64,000 bases of DNA, taken from Alphaproteobacteria bacterium (lineage in GTDB: Bacteria > Pseudomonadota > Alphaproteobacteria > SP197). Each line of letters starts with the position of its first letter. The stretch's first letter is position 1. The notes beneath the pieces were generated by a model, which worked only from the letters and a program-made list of their open reading frames with translations, was not told where the DNA came from and did not search any database. Made by a program: the position numbers and the translations under genes. This document shows, piece by piece, positions 28,807 through 36,893 of this stretch. The stretch covers positions 800,001 to 864,000 of the forward strand of contig OZ245842.1 in the NCBI GenBank assembly GCA_965228895.1. The letters run 5' to 3'.

Positions 28807-30036
28807 TTAGCCGCCGTCTGAAGGCGGCGCGAAGACGTCGACCGGGTTGGGAATGCCCTTCAAGACGTGGCTTCCCAGATCTTCCCATGGCACGTCCAAG
28901 ACCCCGGCGAATTCGGCGCTTGCCAAGAGCGGCCGGTCGAGTGTCTTGGTCAGGGCTTCGATGCGTGCGACCTGATTGGCCGCCGGTCCGACGACCGTGA
29001 ACTGAAGGCGTTGCGGCACGCCGATATTGCCATAGGTCAGATCGCCGATATGAAGCGCCAGGCCGCAGGTCAGGCGGCTTTCGCCGGCTTCGTGACGGAC
29101 GACGTTGATCTCGTCCATGCGTTCGCCAGCCTCCTTGGCGGCGGCCAGCGCCTTGGTCGCGGCAGCCTTGTCGCCGGCTTCGGCGGTCGGGAAGATGGCA
29201 AGGACGGCGTCGCCGATCAGCAGCAGGACCTGTCCGCCATGATCCAGCACGGCGCCCGCCGTGCACTCGAAGTAGCTGTTGAGTGCGGCCAGATAATCGG
29301 CCGGTGACAGCAGCTCGGCCAGGCGTGTCGAGTTTCTGAGATCCGAATACCAGATGACCGCGTGGATCGACTCGCCGTCGCCGCGCTTGATGCGGCCGTC
29401 CAAAACGCGGCGGCCCGGATCGGGGCCCAGATAGGTGGTGACGATGTTCTGGGTTACCTCGGTCCTGATCCTGACCTTGCAGGCGACGGCGAGCCGCTTC
29501 TGGATGCGCCGAAGCGAGCGGATGTCGGTTTCGCTGAAGCCGCCCGGCCGGTCGGTGGTCCAGGAGACGAAGATGCCGTCGCCGCTGGCCTCCATGGTCG
29601 AGGAGGGGCCGAACGGCACATTGCCGGCCAGATAGTCGGTGGCCCCTTGTTCGGTCAGATCCTCGAGCACGGGAAAGTCGAGCAGGGTGTCATTGCCTTC
29701 GAGCTTGCGGCGCAGATACGGCACGCCGCTATCGAGCATGTGAAAGAAGGGACTCTTGCGGAACACCTCGTTGCCGACCTGGCCGTGTGGCATTTCGTAC
29801 GTGCCCATGCCATGGCCGCGATGCCAGGTCAGCCATATCGCGCCAAACAGCGGGTGTAGCGTGCGATAGCTCACCATGGCGCGCGACAGCGGCACGCCGG
29901 CCGCGTGCAGGCGCTGGCAACAGCCCTTGACCAGTTCGGTCATGGTCGTGTCGGCCAGGGCCTCATCCATCAGCCAGTCGGCCACGACGTCGATAAAGGC
30001 GAGGTCGAGGCCCGGTTCATCCAGGGGTTTTGACAT
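28807..30036 (-). CDS. Class III adenylate/guanylate cyclase with N-terminal GAF-like region
   Basis: IWYSDLRNST, IGDAVLA, GNIG..RLQFTVVGPAANQVARIE; start uncertain (30036 or 30054). Confidence 0.9.
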   Translation of the reverse strand: MSKPLDEPGLDLAFIDVVADWLMDEALADTTMTELVKGCCQRLHAAGVPLSRAMVSYRTLHPLFGAIWLTWHRGHGMGTYEMPHGQVGNEVFRKSPFFHMLDSGVPYLRRKLEGNDTLLDFPVLEDLTEQGATDYLAGNVPFGPSSTMEASGDGIFVSWTTDRPGGFSETDIRSLRRIQKRLAVACKVRIRTEVTQNIVTTYLGPDPGRRVLDGRIKRGDGESIHAVIWYSDLRNSTRLAELLSPADYLAALNSYFECTAGAVLDHGGQVLLLIGDAVLAIFPTAEAGDKAAATKALAAAKEAGERMDEINVVRHEAGESRLTCGLALHIGDLTYGNIGVPQRLQFTVVGPAANQVARIEALTKTLDRPLLASAEFAGVLDVPWEDLGSHVLKGIPNPVDVFAPPSDGG

Positions 30037-30107
30037 GGCTGAGATATAGACCATTAAGCGCGCGATACCAGTCAGACTTGGTTGAACCAGGATCGCGTCA
30101 GCAGCTC

Positions 30108-30140
30108 TTGACATATTTTGATATTTCCATAATTATCAAA
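30108..30140 (+). promoter_or_regulatory. arsR promoter with putative ArsR operator
   Basis: TTGACA at 30108-13; AT-rich inverted repeat TTTGATA(30117-23)/TATCAAA(30134-40) ends 2 nt before the ATG; no Shine-Dalgarno, so possibly leaderless. Confidence 0.6.
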
Positions 30141-30142
30141 GT

Positions 30143-30499
30143 ATGAAGGCAACGGAAACCATCGAGGCGTTGCAGGCGCTTGCCCAGGAACATCGGTTGG
30201 CGGCGTTTCGTCTGCTGGTCGAAGCCGGTCCGCCAGGCCTGGCGGCTGGCGAGATCGCGCGCAATTTGAGTGTCGCGCCGGCCACCCTTTCGTTCCATTT
30301 GAACCAGTTGGCCCAGGCCGGGCTGGTTGGTTCACGCCGGGACGGGCGCTCGATCATTTATGCCGCGAACTTCGAGGCGATGGAGGATCTGGTCGGTTTC
30401 CTGACCGAGAACTGCTGCCGGGGATCCGGCGACATCTGCGCGCCGCCCTTGACCCTATCGAAAGCCAAGGATCTCTTGCTTGAGGAGAACGAGCCATGA
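30143..30499 (+). CDS. arsR: ArsR family repressor (C-terminal CC type)
   Basis: ALAQEHRL, TLSFHL..L..AGLV, FLTENCC. Confidence 0.92.
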   Translation: MKATETIEALQALAQEHRLAAFRLLVEAGPPGLAAGEIARNLSVAPATLSFHLNQLAQAGLVGSRRDGRSIIYAANFEAMEDLVGFLTENCCRGSGDICAPPLTLSKAKDLLLEENEP

Positions 30500-30957
30500 A
30501 ACGGCTGCACGTCAGCGTCAACGTCGAGGACCTGGACCAGGCCATCACGTTTTACTCCGCCCTGTTCGGTGCTGAGCCGGACGTGGTGAAGGACGACTAC
30601 GCCCGCTGGCGCCTGGACGAGCCTTGCGTCAACTTCGCGACGACCTCGCGCGATCGCAAACCCGGTGTCGACCACCTGGGTATCGATGTCGACGACCGCG
30701 CAGAATTGGACGAGGTGACCGATCGCCTTAAGGCCGCCGGTCAGGCGACCAGTAACCTGAGCGAAGGCGCGTGCTGTTATCACCAGTCGGCGAAGTCGTG
30801 GACGGTCGATCCCGGCGGCGTCGCCTGGGAGACGTTCCATACCTACGGCAAATCGGTCACCTACGGCACCGACACCCTGGACGAGACCAACATCGCGCAG
30901 ATGGCGGCCGAGAACGATGCCCCACATGAATCGAAGGTGCGGGGCTCTTGTTGCTGA
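30496..30957 (+). CDS. arsI: ArsI/CadI family metalloenzyme (C-As lyase-like)
   Basis: MKRLHVS, vicinal CC in GACCYHQS.K.W..DP.G..WETF, terminal CC; overlaps arsR by ATGA. Confidence 0.82.
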   Translation: MKRLHVSVNVEDLDQAITFYSALFGAEPDVVKDDYARWRLDEPCVNFATTSRDRKPGVDHLGIDVDDRAELDEVTDRLKAAGQATSNLSEGACCYHQSAKSWTVDPGGVAWETFHTYGKSVTYGTDTLDETNIAQMAAENDAPHESKVRGSCC

Positions 30958-31051
30958 ACGGTCCGCGCCGAGGCGGATTTCCGCGACGACACAAATGTGA
31001 CATCGAAGGGGGCTAGTATGCCACGGCGTATGGCAGTGGGGAGGTCGGGGC

Positions 31052-31567
31052 ATGGGCGACACGACGAACAAACCCTTCAATGTACTTTTTTTGTGCACCG
31101 GCAATTCGGCGCGCAGCATCATGGCCGAGGCCATTTTGGGGCTTTGGGGCCAGAAGAAGTTCAGCGCCTACAGCGCGGGCAGCCACCCGACCGGCACGGT
31201 GAACCCGCACGCCATCGCGTTGTTGGAAAAACGCAATTTGCTGACGGCCGATCTCCGGTCAAAGTCGTGGGACGAGTTCGCGCAAGAGGGCGCGCCGGCG
31301 CTCGACTTCGTCTTCACGGTCTGCGATCAGGCTGCCGCAGAGGTGTGTCCGGTATGGCCGGGTCAGCCGATCTCAGCGCATTGGGGGGTGCCCGATCCGG
31401 CTGTCGAGATCGACGAGGCGAAGATCGACAAGGCGTTCTTGAACGCCTTCCTGACGCTCGAAGCGCGTATCAAGCTCTTCACGGCGCTGCCCATCACGTC
31501 TCTCGACAAACTGGCGCTCCAGGAGCGTGTCGACAGCATCGGCCGGGACCAGGACAGAGCTTCCTAG
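31052..31567 (+). CDS. arsC: Arsenate reductase, LMW-PTP/thioredoxin type
   Basis: LFLCTGNSARS, TVCDQAAAEVCP, HWGVPDP. Confidence 0.93.
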   Translation: MGDTTNKPFNVLFLCTGNSARSIMAEAILGLWGQKKFSAYSAGSHPTGTVNPHAIALLEKRNLLTADLRSKSWDEFAQEGAPALDFVFTVCDQAAAEVCPVWPGQPISAHWGVPDPAVEIDEAKIDKAFLNAFLTLEARIKLFTALPITSLDKLALQERVDSIGRDQDRAS

Positions 31568-31622
31568 ACCCCCGCGTTCGCCGGAGGGTTTCACTCCGTT
31601 CACGACTTCTGTGTGAGACATC

Positions 31623-32300
31623 ATGACATTTGATTTGGCGCGCCGTCTGGCGGCGGAGGCCCTGGGCACGGCGTTTTTGCTGGCGACCGTGGTCGGCTCC
31701 GGCATCATGGCCGAGTCGCTGGCCGGCGGTAACGTGGCGCTGGCGTTGCTCGGCAACACGATCCCGACCGGCGCCATCCTGATCGTGCTGATCATCATGT
31801 TCGGGCCGATCTCCGGCGCCCATTTCAACCCGGCGGTGACGCTCGCCTTCGCGCTCAAACGCCAGATCAGCCTGCGCGACGGCGGCCTCTACGTCGTCGT
31901 CCAGATCATCGGCGGCCTGATTGGCGTCATCGCCGCCCACATCATGTTCGACGTCGCCATGATCCAGGAATCGGTCAAGGCGCGCGCCGGGCCCGCCCAA
32001 TGGTTCGCCGAGATCGTCGCGACCTTCGGCCTCGTCTCAACCATTCTGATGACGCTGCGCTGGCGCCCGGATGCCGTGCCCTATGCGGTCGGCCTCTTCA
32101 TCACCGCGGCCTACTGGTTCACGGCCTCGACTTCGTTCGCCAACCCGGCGGTCACCATCGCGCGCTCCTTCACCGACAGCTTCAGCGGCATCGCGCCCGA
32201 CCACGTGCCCGCCTTCGTCATCTCCCAGTGCATCGGCGCGGCCATCGCCGTTGCGCTCGCCGCCTGGCTGCTACGCCCGGCGCGGGAGGAGGGTGAATAG
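31623..32300 (+). CDS. aqpS: MIP-family aquaglyceroporin, AqpS-like arsenite channel
   Basis: GAHFNPAVT and SFANPAVT NPA motifs; located inside an ars cluster. Confidence 0.85.
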   Translation: MTFDLARRLAAEALGTAFLLATVVGSGIMAESLAGGNVALALLGNTIPTGAILIVLIIMFGPISGAHFNPAVTLAFALKRQISLRDGGLYVVVQIIGGLIGVIAAHIMFDVAMIQESVKARAGPAQWFAEIVATFGLVSTILMTLRWRPDAVPYAVGLFITAAYWFTASTSFANPAVTIARSFTDSFSGIAPDHVPAFVISQCIGAAIAVALAAWLLRPAREEGE

Positions 32301-32313
32301 TGTGCCGATTGTT

Positions 32314-33321
32314 CTACTGAGGACAGCCCAGAGCGCGCGCTTCGGTAAGAAGGTCCTCTCTCTTGTAGTAGACTTGGTGATCGTAAGCCTCACCATTCCA
32401 ACGCAGAAGCATTTTGCTGCTGCATAGACTGACGTAGCCATCCACGGTCTCATTGATTACATGAAGGCTACTGCCTGGCATAAGGTAGGCCTCCTCCTCT
32501 CCGTCCGCATCCAAAATCGGATCGAGAAAGCTCAGTTCCCCGATCTTGCGCCAAGCCGGTGGCTCGCCGTCCTCCGGGGGCTCCACTTCCAGAATGGCTC
32601 CACGACAAGCAAAGCTGTCGCAGATCGGCAAGGAGATGATGTAGATGAATACCTCGTCACGGCCATCGCCGTTGACATCATAGGTTCCGACGCGAATGTC
32701 ACTCAGCACCGTATCGAAAGGGACGATGTACGTGTCGTATTCCCAGCGAAAATACTCCGTCCACTCGGCGCCATTAAAACGGCAACCCCAAAAAGGCCAA
32801 GGTATGTTTGTCATGGTGACGGACTGTTCGGCGCTGGTGATGAACCGCTCGTAGAGGGATGTCGTAAATGTCGTCCGTGTCTTTTCAACAAGACTCCAAT
32901 CACACGGCGCGTCCATACTTCGATCTTTGACCACCGGCGAGAAGACGAAGAGGTCGCACAAATCGCCGTCGCATGTCGTGTCGTGATCGACAAGAACCAG
33001 CAAATCCTTGATCTCGTCACCATCAACGTCGGCAAATCCGGCAAAGAAGCTCTTTGCCGTCAAGTCTGGGTTGTTAAAGTGGCGCCCTTCCGGTGACGTT
33101 TGTAGAAACGCCTCGACCAGCGAGAAGTGCTCGCCGAGAAAGGGCACGATCAATATTTCATGGGCCTGATTGTCGTCATCGGCGGCCACGGGATGAGCCA
33201 CCGGAATCAAGGCCGACAAGATCACAAAAGCGACCACACGACGAATGGCCGAACCCCGCCCGACTACGACATCAGTGCCGCCAACGCTGGCCCAAGCGAA
33301 AGAAGATCTTAGTTCGGGCAA
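32314..33321 (-). CDS. Secreted DxDGDG/Cys-pair repeat protein, array copy 5 (putative immunity protein)
   Basis: Hydrophobic leader (VAHPVAA-D); FADVDGD..DH..C....CD, GTYDVNGDGRDEVFIY..C....C.GAILE, WNGEAY, LGCPQ; true start probably downstream of 33321. Confidence 0.8.
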   Translation of the reverse strand: MPELRSSFAWASVGGTDVVVGRGSAIRRVVAFVILSALIPVAHPVAADDDNQAHEILIVPFLGEHFSLVEAFLQTSPEGRHFNNPDLTAKSFFAGFADVDGDEIKDLLVLVDHDTTCDGDLCDLFVFSPVVKDRSMDAPCDWSLVEKTRTTFTTSLYERFITSAEQSVTMTNIPWPFWGCRFNGAEWTEYFRWEYDTYIVPFDTVLSDIRVGTYDVNGDGRDEVFIYIISLPICDSFACRGAILEVEPPEDGEPPAWRKIGELSFLDPILDADGEEEAYLMPGSSLHVINETVDGYVSLCSSKMLLRWNGEAYDHQVYYKREDLLTEARALGCPQ

Positions 33322-34229
33322 CCGAGCTGCTCCGCCTCGTAATCGGGCACATAGAAGCGGATGTTATACGTCTCGCCGTTCCACCGCAGATAAGAGCCGC
33401 GGCTGCAGAGGCTGGCGTACCCATCTACCGTCTCGTCAATGACCAGCATGGTACGTCCCGGCCAAACATACGCCTCGTTCTCCAGAACGATGTGCATGGC
33501 CGGATCGAGGGAGTTGAGCTCGCCGATCCAGCGCCACGCGGGTTTCGATCCGTCTTCCGACGGCGACAGCTCCAGAATGGCGCCGCCACACTCATCCCGT
33601 CCGCAGATCGGTGGCGACACGACATAGATGAATATCTCGTCTTGGCCGTCGCCGTTAAGGTCGTACGTGCCGATGCGGACGTGGCTGAGCAAGATTTCGT
33701 CCGATTCGAATGTCGTATCGTAAAGTCGCTCGAAGTAGTTGCTCCAGTCCTCGCCCTCAATCTTGGCGGCCAACGCTGAAGGCCAACCCTTCAGCGTAAC
33801 CGTCTGCCCATTTGCGACGACGAAGCGCTCGTAGAGCGATCGTTTGACATCGCTCCGTGATGAGCTGACAAACAACCAATTGCACGGACTGTTGACGGTC
33901 GGGTTTTGCACGTCGGCCGAGAAGACAAAGACGTCACAGCGCTGATCCGTACAGACTGCCTCGTGATCAACCAGAAACACCAGGTTGTCGAGACCATCGC
34001 CGTCGACGTCGCCAAACCCGGCGTAGATGTCGCGTGAGGTCAGGGCGTCGGTTTCGAAGTACTGGCCGAACCACGCTGTCGCCATGTACTCCTCAACAAG
34101 CCAAAGGTACTCGCCGATGTCCGGCATCAGAAGCACCTCCTTGGGAAGCCTGTCGCCTCGCGCATTTGTGGTCTGGGCGAACGCAATCGAGAGGGCGATG
34201 ACGGCAAGCGACGATCTGAGCACGTTCAC
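33309..34229 (-). CDS. Secreted DxDGDG/Cys-pair repeat protein, array copy 4 (putative immunity protein)
   Basis: Signal peptide; FGDVDGDG, GTYDLNGDGQDEIFIY, CGRDECGGAILE, WNGETY, LGCPN. Confidence 0.85.
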   Translation of the reverse strand: MNVLRSSLAVIALSIAFAQTTNARGDRLPKEVLLMPDIGEYLWLVEEYMATAWFGQYFETDALTSRDIYAGFGDVDGDGLDNLVFLVDHEAVCTDQRCDVFVFSADVQNPTVNSPCNWLFVSSSRSDVKRSLYERFVVANGQTVTLKGWPSALAAKIEGEDWSNYFERLYDTTFESDEILLSHVRIGTYDLNGDGQDEIFIYVVSPPICGRDECGGAILELSPSEDGSKPAWRWIGELNSLDPAMHIVLENEAYVWPGRTMLVIDETVDGYASLCSRGSYLRWNGETYNIRFYVPDYEAEQLGCPN

Positions 34230-34292
34230 TCTGCCGTCTCCGTCTGGTTTGGTGGTGCCATGTCATCCGTTGCGTAGGGGCAAGCACAAGAG

Positions 34293-35276
34293 CTAGGGCA
34301 GGGCACAGCCATGATCCGAGAGGTCATAGGTCTCGCCGTTCCAGCTCAAGTGAAATTGCCGCGTGCACAGGCTAGGGTAACCATCGATCACTTTGTTCAG
34401 CACCTTGATGCGGCGCGCTGGATGAGACGAGATGTCGTCGCCGATAATAAGGTTGTCGGCGACGTAAAGGCCGAGCAGGTCGCCGATCCAGCGCCAGCCG
34501 GGTCTCCCGCCTTCCTCGACGGGCAACAGCTCCAGGATCGCGCCGCCGCACTCGTCGAACCCGCACATGGAAGGCGACACCGCATAAATGAAAACTTCGT
34601 CGCGGCCGTCGCCGTTGAGGTCGTAGGTGCCGACGCGAATGTCGCTCAGGCGTATCTCGTCACGCTCGACGGGCGTATCGTAGATCGCCGCGAAGTACTC
34701 TTTCCAGCGCTGCCCATCGAACCGGCCGTCAAAGGCGCCGATCGACAGGTGATGGTAGGGCTGGGTTATGTTGGTCAGGACGACCGTGTGTTCGGCGGTT
34801 TCCACGAACCGCTCAAACATCGATCGTTTGATCGGTGTCCGGGTCCGTTCGGCAGGCAGCCAGTTGCACGGGGCGGCCAGGCTCTGCCTCTGCCCATCGA
34901 CCTTGAAGGTGAAGACGTCGCACATGTCCTCGTCACATGCGATGGGGTGATCGACGGCGATCAGCAACTCGTCGACGCCGTCGCCGTCAAGGTCTGCGAA
35001 GCCGCCAAAGAAGTCCACTTCGATCAACGCACCGGTAGCGAACTCGTCACCGTAGGACGATGTCGGCATGTACTCTTCGACAAGCCAAAGATGCTCGCCG
35101 ATGTCTGGGGTCAGGTAGATGTAGTCGGCCGCGTTCAGATCTCGAGCAAGACCAAGAAGAGCCCATGTGCCGATCATCGCTGCCAGGCTGTGCCTTGCGG
35201 CCTGCCCCAATCGTTCGATGTTACGGCAGTGTCGGCGCCAAGGGGGTCCAGGCGCGTGTTGCTCTACGTGCGGCAT
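34293..35276 (-). CDS. Secreted DxDGDG/Cys-pair repeat protein, array copy 3 (putative immunity protein)
   Basis: PDIGEHLWLVEEY, FADLDGDGVDE, GTYDLNGDGRDEVFIY, CGFDECGGAILE, WNGETYD; start uncertain. Confidence 0.82.
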   Translation of the reverse strand: MPHVEQHAPGPPWRRHCRNIERLGQAARHSLAAMIGTWALLGLARDLNAADYIYLTPDIGEHLWLVEEYMPTSSYGDEFATGALIEVDFFGGFADLDGDGVDELLIAVDHPIACDEDMCDVFTFKVDGQRQSLAAPCNWLPAERTRTPIKRSMFERFVETAEHTVVLTNITQPYHHLSIGAFDGRFDGQRWKEYFAAIYDTPVERDEIRLSDIRVGTYDLNGDGRDEVFIYAVSPSMCGFDECGGAILELLPVEEGGRPGWRWIGDLLGLYVADNLIIGDDISSHPARRIKVLNKVIDGYPSLCTRQFHLSWNGETYDLSDHGCALP

Positions 35277-35281
35277 GGAGC

Positions 35282-35755
35282 CTACTCCGGGTCAGGCAGG
35301 ACGTTCTTGTACTTAAAATGAAAGTAATCGGGCCATTTGCGGCGATGCAGCGTGCACGCCATGTCCTCTTGCGGCGTCCCCAAGTGCTCATAGGGCAAGC
35401 GTTCAAGCCGAACGGTTTGCCCGCCGATGGTTACGGAGTTTTCGTCGAACGTCTGTCTGAACGGCCTGCGTTGCTCGTCGTAGAGCCGCCAGTCACAGGG
35501 ATAGTCGATATGTCGGTTCTCGACGACCAGCTCAAACAAGAAGACATCGCAGACGTCTCCATCACAAATCTCGTCGTGATCAAGCAGAATCACAAGATCG
35601 TCGCGTCCATCTTCGTTCGCGTCGACGAAGCCCCCATAAAACTCGAAACCGTCGGGAACGAGAAAGAAGCTCAAAGTGGTTGCCTCTCCACCGTGTACCG
35701 GTATGCCCGCGAGCAGCAGGCTCGCGGTCGCTAGGCGTTGCAGGTGACGGATCAT
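35282..35755 (-). CDS. Truncated array copy 2 (N-terminal module only; possible pseudogene)
   Basis: Signal peptide, FVDANEDGRDDL..DHDEICDGDVCDVF, PCDW; stops where the second module starts in the paralogues. Confidence 0.7.
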   Translation of the reverse strand: MIRHLQRLATASLLLAGIPVHGGEATTLSFFLVPDGFEFYGGFVDANEDGRDDLVILLDHDEICDGDVCDVFLFELVVENRHIDYPCDWRLYDEQRRPFRQTFDENSVTIGGQTVRLERLPYEHLGTPQEDMACTLHRRKWPDYFHFKYKNVLPDPE

Positions 35756-35794
35756 ATCAGCAAGCTTGGGTCATTGAGTGGCGGAGTCCACGTA

Positions 35795-35839
35795 TTAGCT
35801 CCGCAAGCCCGGGTCGTAGGTCTCGCCGTTCCAGCGCAT
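35795..35839 (-). pseudogene. Remnant C-terminus of a deleted array copy
   Basis: Reads MRWNGETYDPGLRS*, matching the WNGE(T/A/N)Y C-terminal motif of the intact copies. Confidence 0.7.
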
Positions 35840-35942
35840 ATGTGGGCTGGGAAGCGCAGCGATTTTCGACAACGGCACATGGCTTCTTCTTCAACGCCAA
35901 TCGTGCTCGGCTACACGTTGCCGAGCCCACGGCGGATCATTG

Positions 35943-36893
35943 TCAATCATGAGAGTACACGTCGGCGAACGACAAGAACGGACACCCTAAGAGTTTCGCA
36001 TCTTCCTCGCGAACGTGCTCGACGGCATAATTCTCGCCGTTCCAACGCATGATGTTTGTTGCGGCGCACATTGTGACATGTCCGTCGATTGTCTCTTCTG
36101 TGGCAACCAGTAACCTGGCGGGATAGGTCTCCGACAGATCATCGAAAACAAACCTCAAGTTCGGCACGAGGCGCGGCAGTTGGCCAATCGGTCGCCATGT
36201 CGGCAAGGATCCGTCATCGCTGGCGCGTACCTCCAAGATCGCACCGCCGCAATCACCGCGGTGGCAGGTGTCGGGCGAGTCGACATAGACGAAGACCTCC
36301 TCACTGCCGTCGCCGTTAACGTCGAATGCCCCGACACGCACGTCACGCAGGTCGATACGGCCACCGGCAGCGGGTCTTCCGTAAACCTGTTCGACATATG
36401 CGAGTTTGCCGCCGTCGCCTTCCGTCCAAGCCGGAAGGTCGGGCTTGCGCAGTAGAAGACGGTAGACTTTGCCGTCGACAAAGGCGAAACGCTCGAACAT
36501 CGCACGTTCAATGGGAACGCGTAGGCGTTCGACGAACATCCAATCGGTCCGGTTGTCGGCGGGAGTGTCCGTCTCGTCTGAAGCGAAGACGAAGAGGTCG
36601 CAATGGTCGCCATCGCACGCGGCCTCGTGATCGACGACCCAGATCAGGTCTTCTGTGCCGTCCTCACCGAAATCGGCGAACGCCCCGAAGATGTCCGCCC
36701 CCGTCACCGCACCGGTCTTATAGTTCCCGGAGAATCGCGATGACCGCAGGTAGTCGTCCACCAGCAGGTAATGATCGCCTATATACGGCAGCAGGTTGAT
36801 CTCTTGCGGCAGATTGTCGCTATGCGCAGTTGGCATCCGGACGGTCGCCGCCAGGAAGACAAGTGCCAGGCAGACAAGCGTACGGCTGATCAT
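35943..36893 (-). CDS. Secreted DxDGDG/Cys-pair repeat protein, array copy 1 (putative cognate immunity protein)
   Basis: Signal peptide; FADFGEDG, GAFDVNGDGSEEVFVY, CHRGDCGGAILE, WNGENY, LGCP; ATGA overlap with the upstream gene. Confidence 0.85.
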   Translation of the reverse strand: MISRTLVCLALVFLAATVRMPTAHSDNLPQEINLLPYIGDHYLLVDDYLRSSRFSGNYKTGAVTGADIFGAFADFGEDGTEDLIWVVDHEAACDGDHCDLFVFASDETDTPADNRTDWMFVERLRVPIERAMFERFAFVDGKVYRLLLRKPDLPAWTEGDGGKLAYVEQVYGRPAAGGRIDLRDVRVGAFDVNGDGSEEVFVYVDSPDTCHRGDCGGAILEVRASDDGSLPTWRPIGQLPRLVPNLRFVFDDLSETYPARLLVATEETIDGHVTMCAATNIMRWNGENYAVEHVREEDAKLLGCPFLSFADVYSHD

